From Candidatus Saccharimonadales bacterium (GTDB taxonomy: Bacteria; Patescibacteriota; Saccharimonadia; Saccharimonadales; OMJO01): 24,000 bases of DNA. The stretch is taken from the NCBI GenBank assembly GCA_046595225.1, contig JBKJPJ010000072.1, positions 1-24,000 on the forward strand, given 5' to 3'. Shown piece after piece: positions 1 to 7,724 of this stretch. The number at the start of each line of letters is the position of its first letter. The first letter of the stretch is position 1. Position numbers and translations under genes: made by a program. The notes under the pieces are model-generated. The model was not told the DNA's origin. It did no database searches and was given only the letters and a program-made list of their open reading frames with translations.

Positions 1-158
1 ATACGCCTCAGTTCAGTCATTATCTCTTCAGACATAACTATTCTGATCAGTCTTTTCGTCACAAGTCCTGTTACCAATCGAGGTGTGCCGCCGAAAACGA
101 GTGCTGATATCAAAACATTAGTGTCAAGAACAACTCTAGGTTTTTTGTTTTTTGTCAC
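1..158 (-). CDS. PIN-domain ribonuclease toxin (VapC-like); C-terminus lies beyond the left window edge, start uncertain (GTG 158 or TTG 173)
   Basis: Not in the ORF track because there is no stop in the window. Minus-strand translation of 1..134 reads VVLDTNVLISALVFGGTPRLVTGLVTKRLIRIVMSEEIMTELRR. The (V/I)LDTNVLISAL N-terminus is the first acidic-residue motif of PIN nucleases. The candidate start overlaps the stop (136..138) of the upstream RHH gene, as in type II TA operons. Confidence 0.6.
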   Translation of the reverse strand, partial: MTKNKKPRVVLDTNVLISALVFGGTPRLVTGLVTKRLIRIVMSEEIMTELRR

Positions 159-390
159 GTTTGTACTCAGCAATGATAGTATAAACTTGGTCTTCGCTCT
201 TAATTCCCATGTTCCGACCGATCTTGTTTCCCCAGTCAAAAAGTTCTTCCCATTCGCTCCGGCGCTCCAAGTCATCGAGAGCTAAACGTCGAAAGTATTC
301 ACTACGACTTCCGAGGTCTTTCTTTACTGCCTTATCTATATCCTTAATCAGGTTTTCATCGAGAGCGATGTTTAGTGTCTTCGTTGCCAT
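136..390 (-). CDS. Ribbon-helix-helix (CopG/Arc-type) antitoxin-like DNA-binding protein, 84 aa
   Basis: ORF-track 136..504 trimmed to the internal ATG at 390, because codons 391..504 run through the tRNA-Arg gene. The product MATKTLNIALDENLIKDIDKAVKKDLGSRSEYFRRLALDDL shows the strand-helix-helix pattern of RHH antitoxins. It is followed by an overlapping PIN gene. Confidence 0.7.
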   Translation of the reverse strand: MATKTLNIALDENLIKDIDKAVKKDLGSRSEYFRRLALDDLERRSEWEELFDWGNKIGRNMGIKSEDQVYTIIAEYKRDKKQKT

Positions 391-454
391 AATAATTGTC
401 CTCGTTAATACGAGTATATTGTATAGGTCTTGTATAGCCAAGTCAAACTGTGTC

Positions 455-531
455 TGGTGTACCCGGCGAGATTCGAACTCACGACCTTTGGCTCCGCAAG
501 CCAACGCTCTATCCAGCTGAGCTACGGGTAC
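455..531 (-). tRNA. tRNA-Arg, anticodon GCG, CCA encoded
   Basis: Hand-folded cloverleaf: acceptor GTACCCG/CGGGTAC, D arm GCTC-AGCTGGATA-GAGC, anticodon arm TTGGC-TTGCGGA-GCCAA, T arm GTGAG-TTCGAAT-CTCGC, discriminator A plus CCA. 77 nt. Confidence 0.85.
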
Positions 532-671
532 GCATATCTAAGCAAATAACAGGGGTTACTCTACCACAGATAGGAGGAGAATACTAGGTGGTGGCAAGTT
601 CAGCTGCCACTGCCCAATTAACCTCGGCTATAATCTGCATACTCCTATTCTAGCAATGCTAAACTGTGGAT

Positions 672-1211
672 ATGAAAAAACTCAATAATTACAAGACGCT
701 GCTGCTCCCCTTGCTTATAGTTACGATAATTTTTGGCACCATTTACGCCACTACACAACAACAATTAAGGATGAGTGGTAATGACCCCCAGGTACAATTG
801 GCTCATGACCTCGCCCCTCAAGTAACGGGCGATAAATTGCCCAAAGCCGCCGACACGGGCAATGTCGATATTGGTACGAGTTTAGCGCCTTTTGTGGTGG
901 TTTATAACAAGGCCGGAGAACCAGTGGCTGGATCGGGTTATTTGCACGGGCAGTTACCCCAGATCCCGAAAGGAGTTCTCACGGCATCGCAAAATAGGTC
1001 AGATAACCGGGTTACCTGGCAGCCGGAAAGCGGCGTAAGGATAGCTTCGATTACCGTTGCCAGCACCGATCATTATGTCGTTGTTGGTCGATCGCTCAAA
1101 GAAGTAGAAAACCGTAGCCAATCTATTTTTAAAATAGTAATTTTTGGATGGCTCCTCACCAGTGCTATAACGGTTATTTATAAGCGTCAGAATACTGGCC
1201 GCAAGAAGTAA
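672..1211 (+). CDS. Hypothetical membrane protein with N- and C-terminal hydrophobic helices, 179 aa
   Basis: ORF-track 666..1211 (GTG) trimmed to ATG 672, which lies 6 nt after an extended -10 (TGcTAAACT, 657..665). Hydrophobic segments LLLPLLIVTIIFGTIYA and IVIFGWLLTSAITVIY. No family recognised. Confidence 0.6.
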   Translation: MKKLNNYKTLLLPLLIVTIIFGTIYATTQQQLRMSGNDPQVQLAHDLAPQVTGDKLPKAADTGNVDIGTSLAPFVVVYNKAGEPVAGSGYLHGQLPQIPKGVLTASQNRSDNRVTWQPESGVRIASITVASTDHYVVVGRSLKEVENRSQSIFKIVIFGWLLTSAITVIYKRQNTGRKK

Positions 1212-1235
1212 ACAGCTGCTACAATAACTCCATAT

Positions 1236-1325
1236 GGAGGAGTGGCCGAGTGGTTGAAGGCGCTGCTCTCGAAAAGCAGTATAGGGGCAACTCTATCGCG
1301 AGTTCGAATCTCGCCTCCTCCGCCA
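1236..1325 (+). tRNA. tRNA-Ser, anticodon CGA, long variable arm, CCA encoded
   Basis: Acceptor GGAGGAG/CTCCTCC, anticodon arm CTGCT-CTCGAAA-AGCAG, long variable arm (TATAGGGGCAACTCTATC), T arm GCGAG-TTCGAAT-CTCGC, discriminator G plus CCA. 90 nt. Confidence 0.9.
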
Positions 1326-1354
1326 AAATTTTAACCACTAATAAAGTAATACCT

Positions 1355-1383
1355 TTGACTCATTAGTATTACACATGTATAAT
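1355..1383 (+). promoter_or_regulatory. Sigma70-type promoter TTGACT-N17-TATAAT, 7 nt upstream of ATG 1391 (leaderless layout)
   Basis: TTGACT 1355..1360, 17-nt spacer, TATAAT 1378..1383. Only 1384..1390 separates the -10 from the start codon, and no Shine-Dalgarno is present. Confidence 0.6.
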
Positions 1384-1390
1384 ACGTAGT

Positions 1391-1642
1391 ATGAATTATA
1401 CATACAGTATTACGAGCAAGGGTCAGATCACTATCCCTAAAGAGTTTCGAGAGTTACTTGGCTTAGATAAGCTCGGCAAAGCCACCATGCAACTTAATGA
1501 CCGGAACGAAATTGTTATTACGAGTCCTAAAAGCTTGGCCGATATACGAGCTTCCCTGGCCAAGCCATCATTTAAAGATAGTCTGTCTGAAAAAGAGCAA
1601 GTTATAGCTACACAACTGACAAAAAAATATGACGTTCGTTGA
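1391..1642 (+). CDS. AbrB/SpoVT-MazE-fold antitoxin (VapB-like), 83 aa
   Basis: The N-terminus ITSKGQITIPKEFRELLGL matches the SpoVT-AbrB swapped-hairpin motif (KGQ(I/V)T(I/L)PK). It overlaps the downstream PIN gene by 14 nt. Confidence 0.8.
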   Translation: MNYTYSITSKGQITIPKEFRELLGLDKLGKATMQLNDRNEIVITSPKSLADIRASLAKPSFKDSLSEKEQVIATQLTKKYDVR

Positions 1643-2006
1643 CACAAACATTGTATTGCGGTGGTTACTCGGTGATCATAAATTACTAACACAAAAAGCC
1701 GAAAAAATTGTTGCAACAGCCAGACCAGCTAGCCTGTTGGTTACTGATATTGTGGTAGCTGAAGTGGTATACGTGTTGCGTGGTACTGGGCGTGACCGAC
1801 AGCAAACAAGCGAAGCTCTTTTATTACTAGGGCGCACAAAAGCGTTTAAATACGAGAATGAAGAGCTGATGATGGATGTCATACGACTTTTAACCGAGAT
1901 TAAGCTCGATTTTGCTGACTGTTACCTACTCGCACGGACTCGGCGAGAAAGAGTTAATCTTAAAACATTTGATACTCAGTTGCAAAAACACTACTTAGCA
2001 AAATAA
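1629..2006 (+). CDS. PIN-domain toxin (VapC-like), 125 aa
   Basis: N-terminal MTFVDTNIV, then AEVVYVL, DFADCYL and TFD give the conserved acidic residues of PIN nucleases. Translationally coupled to the upstream AbrB-type gene. Confidence 0.85.
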   Translation: MTFVDTNIVLRWLLGDHKLLTQKAEKIVATARPASLLVTDIVVAEVVYVLRGTGRDRQQTSEALLLLGRTKAFKYENEELMMDVIRLLTEIKLDFADCYLLARTRRERVNLKTFDTQLQKHYLAK

Positions 2007-2050
2007 AGCTGTCTTTAAAAAATCAGATTCTATTTCCCGCCAAGCTAGTA

Positions 2051-3451
2051 TTAAACTCCTTTAAGCTGAGCCAAGGCGGTGAGCTCATAGGCTGCCGGCC
2101 AGGGGCTAAATGTACATCCTTGTAAACTAACCGATTGCTGTTGCATAACTGGTGCCGGTTGGCCTGCCCCTGGGCAGTTTCGGTGGCCAAAACCTAACCA
2201 GTGCCCCGTCTCATGATTTAAAACCATAACCCGGTAGTCTTCTAGCGTGCCGCCAGCGGTATTCCAGGGGTCTGTGGCACCTTGCCAGCGGTCAAAGTTA
2301 ATAATAACGTTGGGGCTCACCGTACAGCTGTAATAGCTGTCGCACACTCCTGGGCTAAAGCCGGTAATATCACTGGCCGCGGCCAGCCACACTGTAAAAT
2401 CACAGCCGCTGCTAACTTCACTAAAATCAATCTTTCCATTAAGCCCCCACCCTCTTGTGTCGCTGTAGGTGCTGTGGACTTTGGCTGCAAAACTAGTCCT
2501 AAAGTTTTCGCCAACGTTTTTTAGTGCTATGCAGTAGCCATAGTTCCGGACCGCCTTGGGTTTATCGTGCATACTTACAGTCAGGCCGCTACCGCCAGTG
2601 AGCTTTTCGGTAATTTGTCCAGCAACGGCTATATTGTTATCCCAGGATTGGCCTAAGCGTATCTGTAAAGCCGTTAAAAAGTCAGCCACTTTGGCTCTGT
2701 CAAAAGCCAGTTCGTTGCCCGATGCAGACAGCCAACCAGCTTTTTCTAATTTTGTCGTTGTGTATTCCCCGCCGGTGTACTGTATCTTGATCACTTGGCC
2801 CATAGCTTTATTTAGGCTGTCTGCTTTAGGCTGCAGGCTAGCCGCCTGTATGTCGGCCTGGTATGTTTCAAAAGGTACGGTCATAGGTGTAGTGCTACTG
2901 GTCAGTTGGTTCTGAAGCCGCTGTTTGAAATCATCGTATTTCACTCTCTTTCCTGCTTCGGCAGCTTCAGCTTTTACGGTTTCTGTCACAACGACCAAAT
3001 GGGCATTCTTAGGAGTTTGCTCATACTTGCCTAATGAATTTTTTAAAAAATTTGTATAGGCTGTATCTTCAATATTAGCCGCTAATTGGTAGTGATGTTT
3101 TTGTATTAGTCTAAAAATAAGAAGTGGCTGTAAGCGGCGTTCTTTTTTAAGATTATCCAGTGACTGGCGGCTGTTGGCACTGAGCCCTAGATCTATAGGG
3201 CTTACGGTAAGTCTTCCTTTGGGAGTAGATAGTTCAATTTTCTCCGGTAAATTTCTTTTAAGTGATTGTTCGTTAAACATACTGTTGCCGACATTAGTAC
3301 CACTATATGTCGAACGGGGAAAAAACTTATGTTGATACAAAGCCCAAGTAGCTATGGTTGCCACAAGGTAGAGTAATAAAAAGGCGCCGATACAAAACAG
3401 TGCTATCTTCTTACGGCGTTTTGAGAGGGTAAAATTGAAAATTCTTTTCAT
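2051..3451 (-). CDS. Membrane-anchored zinc metallopeptidase-like protein (HExxHxxGxxH), 466 aa
   Basis: N-terminal basic stretch plus a hydrophobic helix (IALFCIGAFLLLYLVATIATWAL). The C-terminal HETGHWLGFGH is a metzincin-type zinc-binding motif and is surrounded by several Cys. It may belong to the actinobacterial DUF3152-type family, but that is from memory and unverified. Confidence 0.7.
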   Translation of the reverse strand: MKRIFNFTLSKRRKKIALFCIGAFLLLYLVATIATWALYQHKFFPRSTYSGTNVGNSMFNEQSLKRNLPEKIELSTPKGRLTVSPIDLGLSANSRQSLDNLKKERRLQPLLIFRLIQKHHYQLAANIEDTAYTNFLKNSLGKYEQTPKNAHLVVVTETVKAEAAEAGKRVKYDDFKQRLQNQLTSSTTPMTVPFETYQADIQAASLQPKADSLNKAMGQVIKIQYTGGEYTTTKLEKAGWLSASGNELAFDRAKVADFLTALQIRLGQSWDNNIAVAGQITEKLTGGSGLTVSMHDKPKAVRNYGYCIALKNVGENFRTSFAAKVHSTYSDTRGWGLNGKIDFSEVSSGCDFTVWLAAASDITGFSPGVCDSYYSCTVSPNVIINFDRWQGATDPWNTAGGTLEDYRVMVLNHETGHWLGFGHRNCPGAGQPAPVMQQQSVSLQGCTFSPWPAAYELTALAQLKGV

Positions 3452-3562
3452 GAACGATTAGTAGCTTATTCACTTCGGTAAATAGTGCATATGCATGCTT
3501 CCTATTGTACGTCATTTCAGCTCAATTTGGGTGTTTGTACCCCTGAGCGCTACAATGTTCCT

Positions 3563-3958
3563 ATGGCCGATACTATATTTACCAAAATTATCAACGGCGA
3601 ACTCCCCTGCCATAAGGTTTATGAAGATGATAAAACCCTCGCCTTCCTAGATATTAACCCCGTTCAACCAGGGCATACACTGGTGATCAGTAAATTACCC
3701 GTCATAGTCTTTGTTGATTTGCCGGAACAAGACGCTGTAGCCTTTTGGGCAACGGTACAAAAGGTAGGAAAACGGCTCAAAGAGGTGTTTCCCGACAAAA
3801 AACGTATAGCGGTGCAGCTGGAAGGCCTTGATGTTCCTCATGTTCACGCCAAACTCTTCCCTTTTGATACTCCAGAGCAATTTCGTACTATCCCCGATTC
3901 AAACGCTACGCCCGATCATGAGGCTTTAGCCGCCATGGCTAAGAAATTAGCTTTCTAG
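3563..3958 (+). CDS. HIT-family (histidine triad) nucleotide hydrolase/transferase, 131 aa
   Basis: ORF-track 3485..3958 trimmed to ATG 3563, with TACAAT 3551..3556 lying 6 nt upstream. The N-terminal IFTKIINGELP and C-terminal triad region DVPHVHAKLFP are typical of Hint-like HIT proteins. Confidence 0.85.
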   Translation: MADTIFTKIINGELPCHKVYEDDKTLAFLDINPVQPGHTLVISKLPVIVFVDLPEQDAVAFWATVQKVGKRLKEVFPDKKRIAVQLEGLDVPHVHAKLFPFDTPEQFRTIPDSNATPDHEALAAMAKKLAF

Positions 3959-3976
3959 CAGTGCTACAATACAGCT

Positions 3977-4153
3977 ATGTTTTCTAATCTTGCTATAGGT
4001 TTATTGGTTGGTGTAGGTTTTGCCGGTTGGGCCTACAGTAAACTCCAGCGTAATACAGGGGGTAACACCCAGAGCAGCCTCATTGAGGCAGCCATATCCG
4101 GATTGGTGGCCTTGGCGGTAGTTGTGACCATCTTGGGCTTTGTTTTTAAGTAA
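3977..4153 (+). CDS. Small two-helix membrane peptide, 58 aa (below the ORF-track cutoff)
   Basis: ATG 3977 to TAA 4151..4153 translates to MFSNLAIGLLVGVGFAGWAYSKLQRNTGGNTQSSLIEAAISGLVALAVVVTILGFVFK, two hydrophobic segments separated by a polar loop. An extended -10 (TGcTACAAT, 3962..3970) lies exactly 6 nt upstream, the same layout as neighbouring genes. Confidence 0.45.
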   Translation: MFSNLAIGLLVGVGFAGWAYSKLQRNTGGNTQSSLIEAAISGLVALAVVVTILGFVFK

Positions 4154-4213
4154 ATTGGTACTAAACGGCTAGTTTTACTTGGTTTCTGGTGAAAAAATTA
4201 GTATTATCTTGCT

Positions 4214-5242
4214 ATGGATGAGGTGGGAGCAGCAGACTCCGTCAAATTATTAGGCCAGCATTTGCAAGCCGCTCGTAAAGCCGCAGGCTTAACGCAGCAG
4301 GAGCTCTGCCAACACGCCGGTTTAAGCTACTCTACGCTTGCCAAAATTGAACGGGGGGCTATTCAGGCACCTTCGGTTTTTACTATTCAGAGTATCGCTC
4401 AAGCTCTCGGAACCACCCTTGATGAACTAATCGGCACGGCGGGCCCTCATACCGCAGCCCAGCAGGTTCCTGAGCAGCCTCCGCAATCCAGCAAAAAACG
4501 TTCCAAAAGCGGGGTACGCTTTGTATATTTTGACGTTAATGGCTGTTTGGTCCGGTTTTTCCACCGGGCATTTACCCAAATTGCATCTGATACGGGCGTG
4601 CCTTCAGATGTTATCGAAACAGCCTTTTGGCATTACAATGACTCAGCTTGCCGGGGCGAAATTAATCTCGACGAGTTCAACCGCCTATTTGCTGAAAGAA
4701 TCGGCGTAGAGACACTTGATTGGCAACAATATTATCTGGCGGCCGTCGACCCCATAAACGAAATGCACCCCCTGTTAACGTGGGCAGCCGAGCACTATAA
4801 GGTGGGCCTATTAACTAACATCATGCCCGGATTTGTAGAGGCCATGTTGGCAGCCGGTCTGTTACCGAATGTTCCCTACCACGCCGTCATAGACTCCTCA
4901 CAAGTAGGCGTTATCAAGCCAGAACCCCGTATTTATGAAATAGCCACAGAAAAGAGCGGTGTTCAGCCAGGTGAAATATTGTTAGTTGATGATTCCCGGT
5001 CAAACCTCATGGCTGCCGAAAAATTTGGCTGGCACGTGCTGTGGTTTGACGATTTCCGCCCAGAAGACAGCATCAAGCGTATCAGTAGCAGCTTGGAACC
5101 GGAAACACCAGACAAACCAGACGCTCAAGTGCCAGATACCTCAGCAGTTTTTACTCAACCTGCTGTGCAAAACTTTGCTGCTCCAGTTCCAGTTTCTGCA
5201 GAAGCTCCCCAGCAACCTTCAATTGTTCTTTCGTCTGAGTAA
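4214..5242 (+). CDS. Fusion protein: N-terminal XRE-family helix-turn-helix plus C-terminal HAD-superfamily hydrolase-like domain, 342 aa
   Basis: The HTH is LTQQELCQHAGLSYSTLAKIERG. HAD motif I-like is RFVYFDVNGCLV. Motif III/IV-like is VIKPEPRIYE ... ILLVDDSRSNLMAAEKFGW. A P/A/Q-rich tail follows. TATTAT 4202..4207 lies 6 nt before the ATG. Confidence 0.75.
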   Translation: MDEVGAADSVKLLGQHLQAARKAAGLTQQELCQHAGLSYSTLAKIERGAIQAPSVFTIQSIAQALGTTLDELIGTAGPHTAAQQVPEQPPQSSKKRSKSGVRFVYFDVNGCLVRFFHRAFTQIASDTGVPSDVIETAFWHYNDSACRGEINLDEFNRLFAERIGVETLDWQQYYLAAVDPINEMHPLLTWAAEHYKVGLLTNIMPGFVEAMLAAGLLPNVPYHAVIDSSQVGVIKPEPRIYEIATEKSGVQPGEILLVDDSRSNLMAAEKFGWHVLWFDDFRPEDSIKRISSSLEPETPDKPDAQVPDTSAVFTQPAVQNFAAPVPVSAEAPQQPSIVLSSE

Positions 5243-7724
5243 CCACCGCTTCAGGAGCATTCTGGACATAGCTTTTATTCTTCAATCGCCCCTGTAATTG
5301 TGTAACTACCCTGCTCTGATCTTCGATTTTTGTCTTGAGTGTGGCCGCAAAGTTTTTTATAGACAGCTCATCGACTTTTAGCCAGCAGACGTACTCGGTT
5401 TGGGTTAGTTTTAACCCCTGCCCTGCAGCGGTTTTTTTCAGTTCACCCAGTCCGGCAAGCTGCATAATAGTGGGTCCATTTTTGTCAAAGAACTCCCCTG
5501 ATTCATACAGGAGTGTCGGTTTTTTAAGTCCTAATTCCCGGCTCAAATAACGAGCTTCAGTCACAATCTGTTTTATGGCTTCAAATTCATCCGCCTCCTC
5601 CGAACTAAATATGATTGGTGTAGGCCAGGTGGCAATAATTAACAAGTTATCTTGGTCCTGATGCAATGTTTGCCAAATCGTTTCAGTCAAGAATGGCGCA
5701 AAGGGATGAGCGAGCTTCAAAATCGTTTGCAAGCTGTATACCAGCACGGGGCTATTGGAGCTGCTTTTAGAAGCTTCAATATACCAGTCGGCAAAGTCAT
5801 TCCACACCAGGTGATAGAGTTTTTCATAAGCCTCGGCGAGCCGGTAATCTTCTAAATCAGCCGTCATTACCTCAGTAAAGTGTTGTAACTTACACAACAT
5901 CCATTGATCAGCTGGGTTTTTGGGATCAGGCTGCATGTCGACTGCAAAATCGTTGCCCACCTTGTCCTCGATATACCGAGCGATATTCCACAGCTTGTTG
6001 CAAAAGTTGCGGGCCCCAATGAGCTTAGCCTCGCTAAAGGGCTGGTTGCCTCCTGCCGTTTGCCCGGCAATTACACCCATTCTGAAAGCATCAGACCCAA
6101 ACCGGTCAATTTTTTGCATCGGGTCAACCACATTGCCTTTACTTTTGCTCATCTTTAGGCCATGCTCATCCAATATTAGTCCATGTAAGTACACGGCTTT
6201 AAAAGGCGGCTTACCTACCTGGTACAACCCCATCATAAGCATCCTTGAAACCCATGGGTACAAGATGTCAGAACCTGTCTCCATGAGGCTCAGCGGGTAA
6301 AAGCTTGCAAAGTCTTTGCCATCGGGGTAATCAAGCGTTGCGTAGGGCCAAGAGCTACTACTAAACCATGTATCAAAAACATCTGGATCTCGACGGTACG
6401 TTTTACCGTCAATAATAAGCTGTTCTTGATCGATTTGCTCGTCATAAATCCAATCATCAGGGTCATTAACATTCTGAAAAGCGGGTATGGGGATTCCCCA
6501 GGCAATCTGCCGGCTTATATTCCAGTCTCTTAACCCCTCAATATACCGCAGTAACTGCTTTTTTTTGACCTCTGGGTAAAAGTGAATTTTATTGGTATTA
6601 AGAACTTTCACGGCCTCTTTGGCGAGCGGTTTCATGCTTACGAACCACTGGTCGCGCAGTAGCGGTTGAATCACTGTCCCGCATTTATAGCAGTGCCCAA
6701 CATTATGGGAGTGACCCTCTGTTTTAACTAAGAATCCCTGCTCTGTTAGGTCTGCCACCACCTGTTCACGCGCTACTAAGACTTCCAGCCCTTGATATTT
6801 TGAACCAGCCTCACTGCTCATCTTACCTTCATTATCAATCACCGTAATTTTCGGTAAGTTATGACGCTCACCAGCATCAAAGTCGTTAGGGTCGTGAGCA
6901 GGGGTAATCTTAACGGCTCCAGTTCCAAAACTAGTGTCCACAAAGTCATCTGCAATCACCGGGATTTCTCTGTTGGTCAGGGGTAATTTAACCATTTTAC
7001 CTATAAACTGGGCGTATCGGTCATCATCCGGGTGGACAGCTACCGCCGTATCACCTAATAACGTTTCTGGTCGGGTTGTGGCAACCACTACTTCACCGCT
7101 GCCATCGCTCAGCGGATAACGCAGATACCACAAATGTCCAGGTTCCTCTGTATATTCCACTTCGATATCAGCAAAAGCGGTACCGTGAAATGTGCAAAAG
7201 TTGACTAGTCGCTCACCCCTGTAAATTAAGTCCTCGTCCCACATTTTTTTGAACGTAGCATAGGCCTGCTGAACGATCTTAGGATCTAACGTAAAAACAT
7301 AGCGGTTCCAATCTACGCTGGCACCTAGTTTGCGAAATTGCCCCTCGTAATTTTCTCGGTTCTGGGCAACAAAATCCCAAATACGGCTGTATAACTCCTC
7401 CCGGCTAAAATCAAAACGACTTTTGCCCTCTTTGGCCAATGTTTTTTCATATACTACCTGTGTTTCGAAGCCGGCATGATCAGCACCAGGTAGTAACAGG
7501 GAAGCTTCGCCTTTCATGCGGTGGAACCTGACAGCAATATCTTCAATAGCTAGTGTTAGCCCATGGCCTAAGTGCAGGTTACCATTCGCATTGGGAGGGG
7601 GAACTACAATACTAAAAGCTTTGTCACTACCTCTGTTTTTAGGTACGAATGTGCCGCTCTGTTCCCACAGTTCATAAATGTCTTTTTCGTACTGCTTAGG
7701 TTCATAGACTTTAGAGAGTTTCAT
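5151..7724 (-). CDS. valS: Valyl-tRNA synthetase, 857 aa
   Basis: Class I signatures PPPNANGNLHLGHG (HIGH) and LKMSKSKGN (KMSKS), an editing-domain-sized insertion, a C-terminal coiled coil, and length and N-terminus (YEPKQYEKDIYELWE) typical of ValRS. Confidence 0.97.
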   Translation of the reverse strand: MKLSKVYEPKQYEKDIYELWEQSGTFVPKNRGSDKAFSIVVPPPNANGNLHLGHGLTLAIEDIAVRFHRMKGEASLLLPGADHAGFETQVVYEKTLAKEGKSRFDFSREELYSRIWDFVAQNRENYEGQFRKLGASVDWNRYVFTLDPKIVQQAYATFKKMWDEDLIYRGERLVNFCTFHGTAFADIEVEYTEEPGHLWYLRYPLSDGSGEVVVATTRPETLLGDTAVAVHPDDDRYAQFIGKMVKLPLTNREIPVIADDFVDTSFGTGAVKITPAHDPNDFDAGERHNLPKITVIDNEGKMSSEAGSKYQGLEVLVAREQVVADLTEQGFLVKTEGHSHNVGHCYKCGTVIQPLLRDQWFVSMKPLAKEAVKVLNTNKIHFYPEVKKKQLLRYIEGLRDWNISRQIAWGIPIPAFQNVNDPDDWIYDEQIDQEQLIIDGKTYRRDPDVFDTWFSSSSWPYATLDYPDGKDFASFYPLSLMETGSDILYPWVSRMLMMGLYQVGKPPFKAVYLHGLILDEHGLKMSKSKGNVVDPMQKIDRFGSDAFRMGVIAGQTAGGNQPFSEAKLIGARNFCNKLWNIARYIEDKVGNDFAVDMQPDPKNPADQWMLCKLQHFTEVMTADLEDYRLAEAYEKLYHLVWNDFADWYIEASKSSSNSPVLVYSLQTILKLAHPFAPFLTETIWQTLHQDQDNLLIIATWPTPIIFSSEEADEFEAIKQIVTEARYLSRELGLKKPTLLYESGEFFDKNGPTIMQLAGLGELKKTAAGQGLKLTQTEYVCWLKVDELSIKNFAATLKTKIEDQSRVVTQLQGRLKNKSYVQNAPEAVVTQTKEQLKVAGELLQKLELEQQSFAQQVE

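Noticed and set aside
391-504. N-terminal extension of the RHH ORF (MACGAKGREFESRRVHQ...)
   Set aside because: The extension is simply the tRNA-Arg gene read as protein. The ATG at 390 gives a normal RHH N-terminus.
85-520. Plus-strand ORFs 85..285 (66 aa) and 209..520 (103 aa)
   Set aside because: They run antisense through the RHH/PIN genes and the tRNA-Arg gene. Their sequences are low-complexity S/R/F-rich with no start context, so they are shadow frames.
588-653. AGGAGG (572..577) followed by a 21-codon GTG ORF (MVASSAATAQLTSAIICILLF)
   Set aside because: The SD-to-start spacing is long (10 nt), the start is GTG, the ORF is tiny and it overlaps the promoter of the 672 gene. Nothing separates it from chance.
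5335-7119. Multiple 60-126 aa ORFs on the plus strand, and some on the minus strand, inside valS
   Set aside because: All are nested in the ValRS coding region, whose class I motifs make the 857-aa frame certain. They are typical antisense or out-of-frame shadows.
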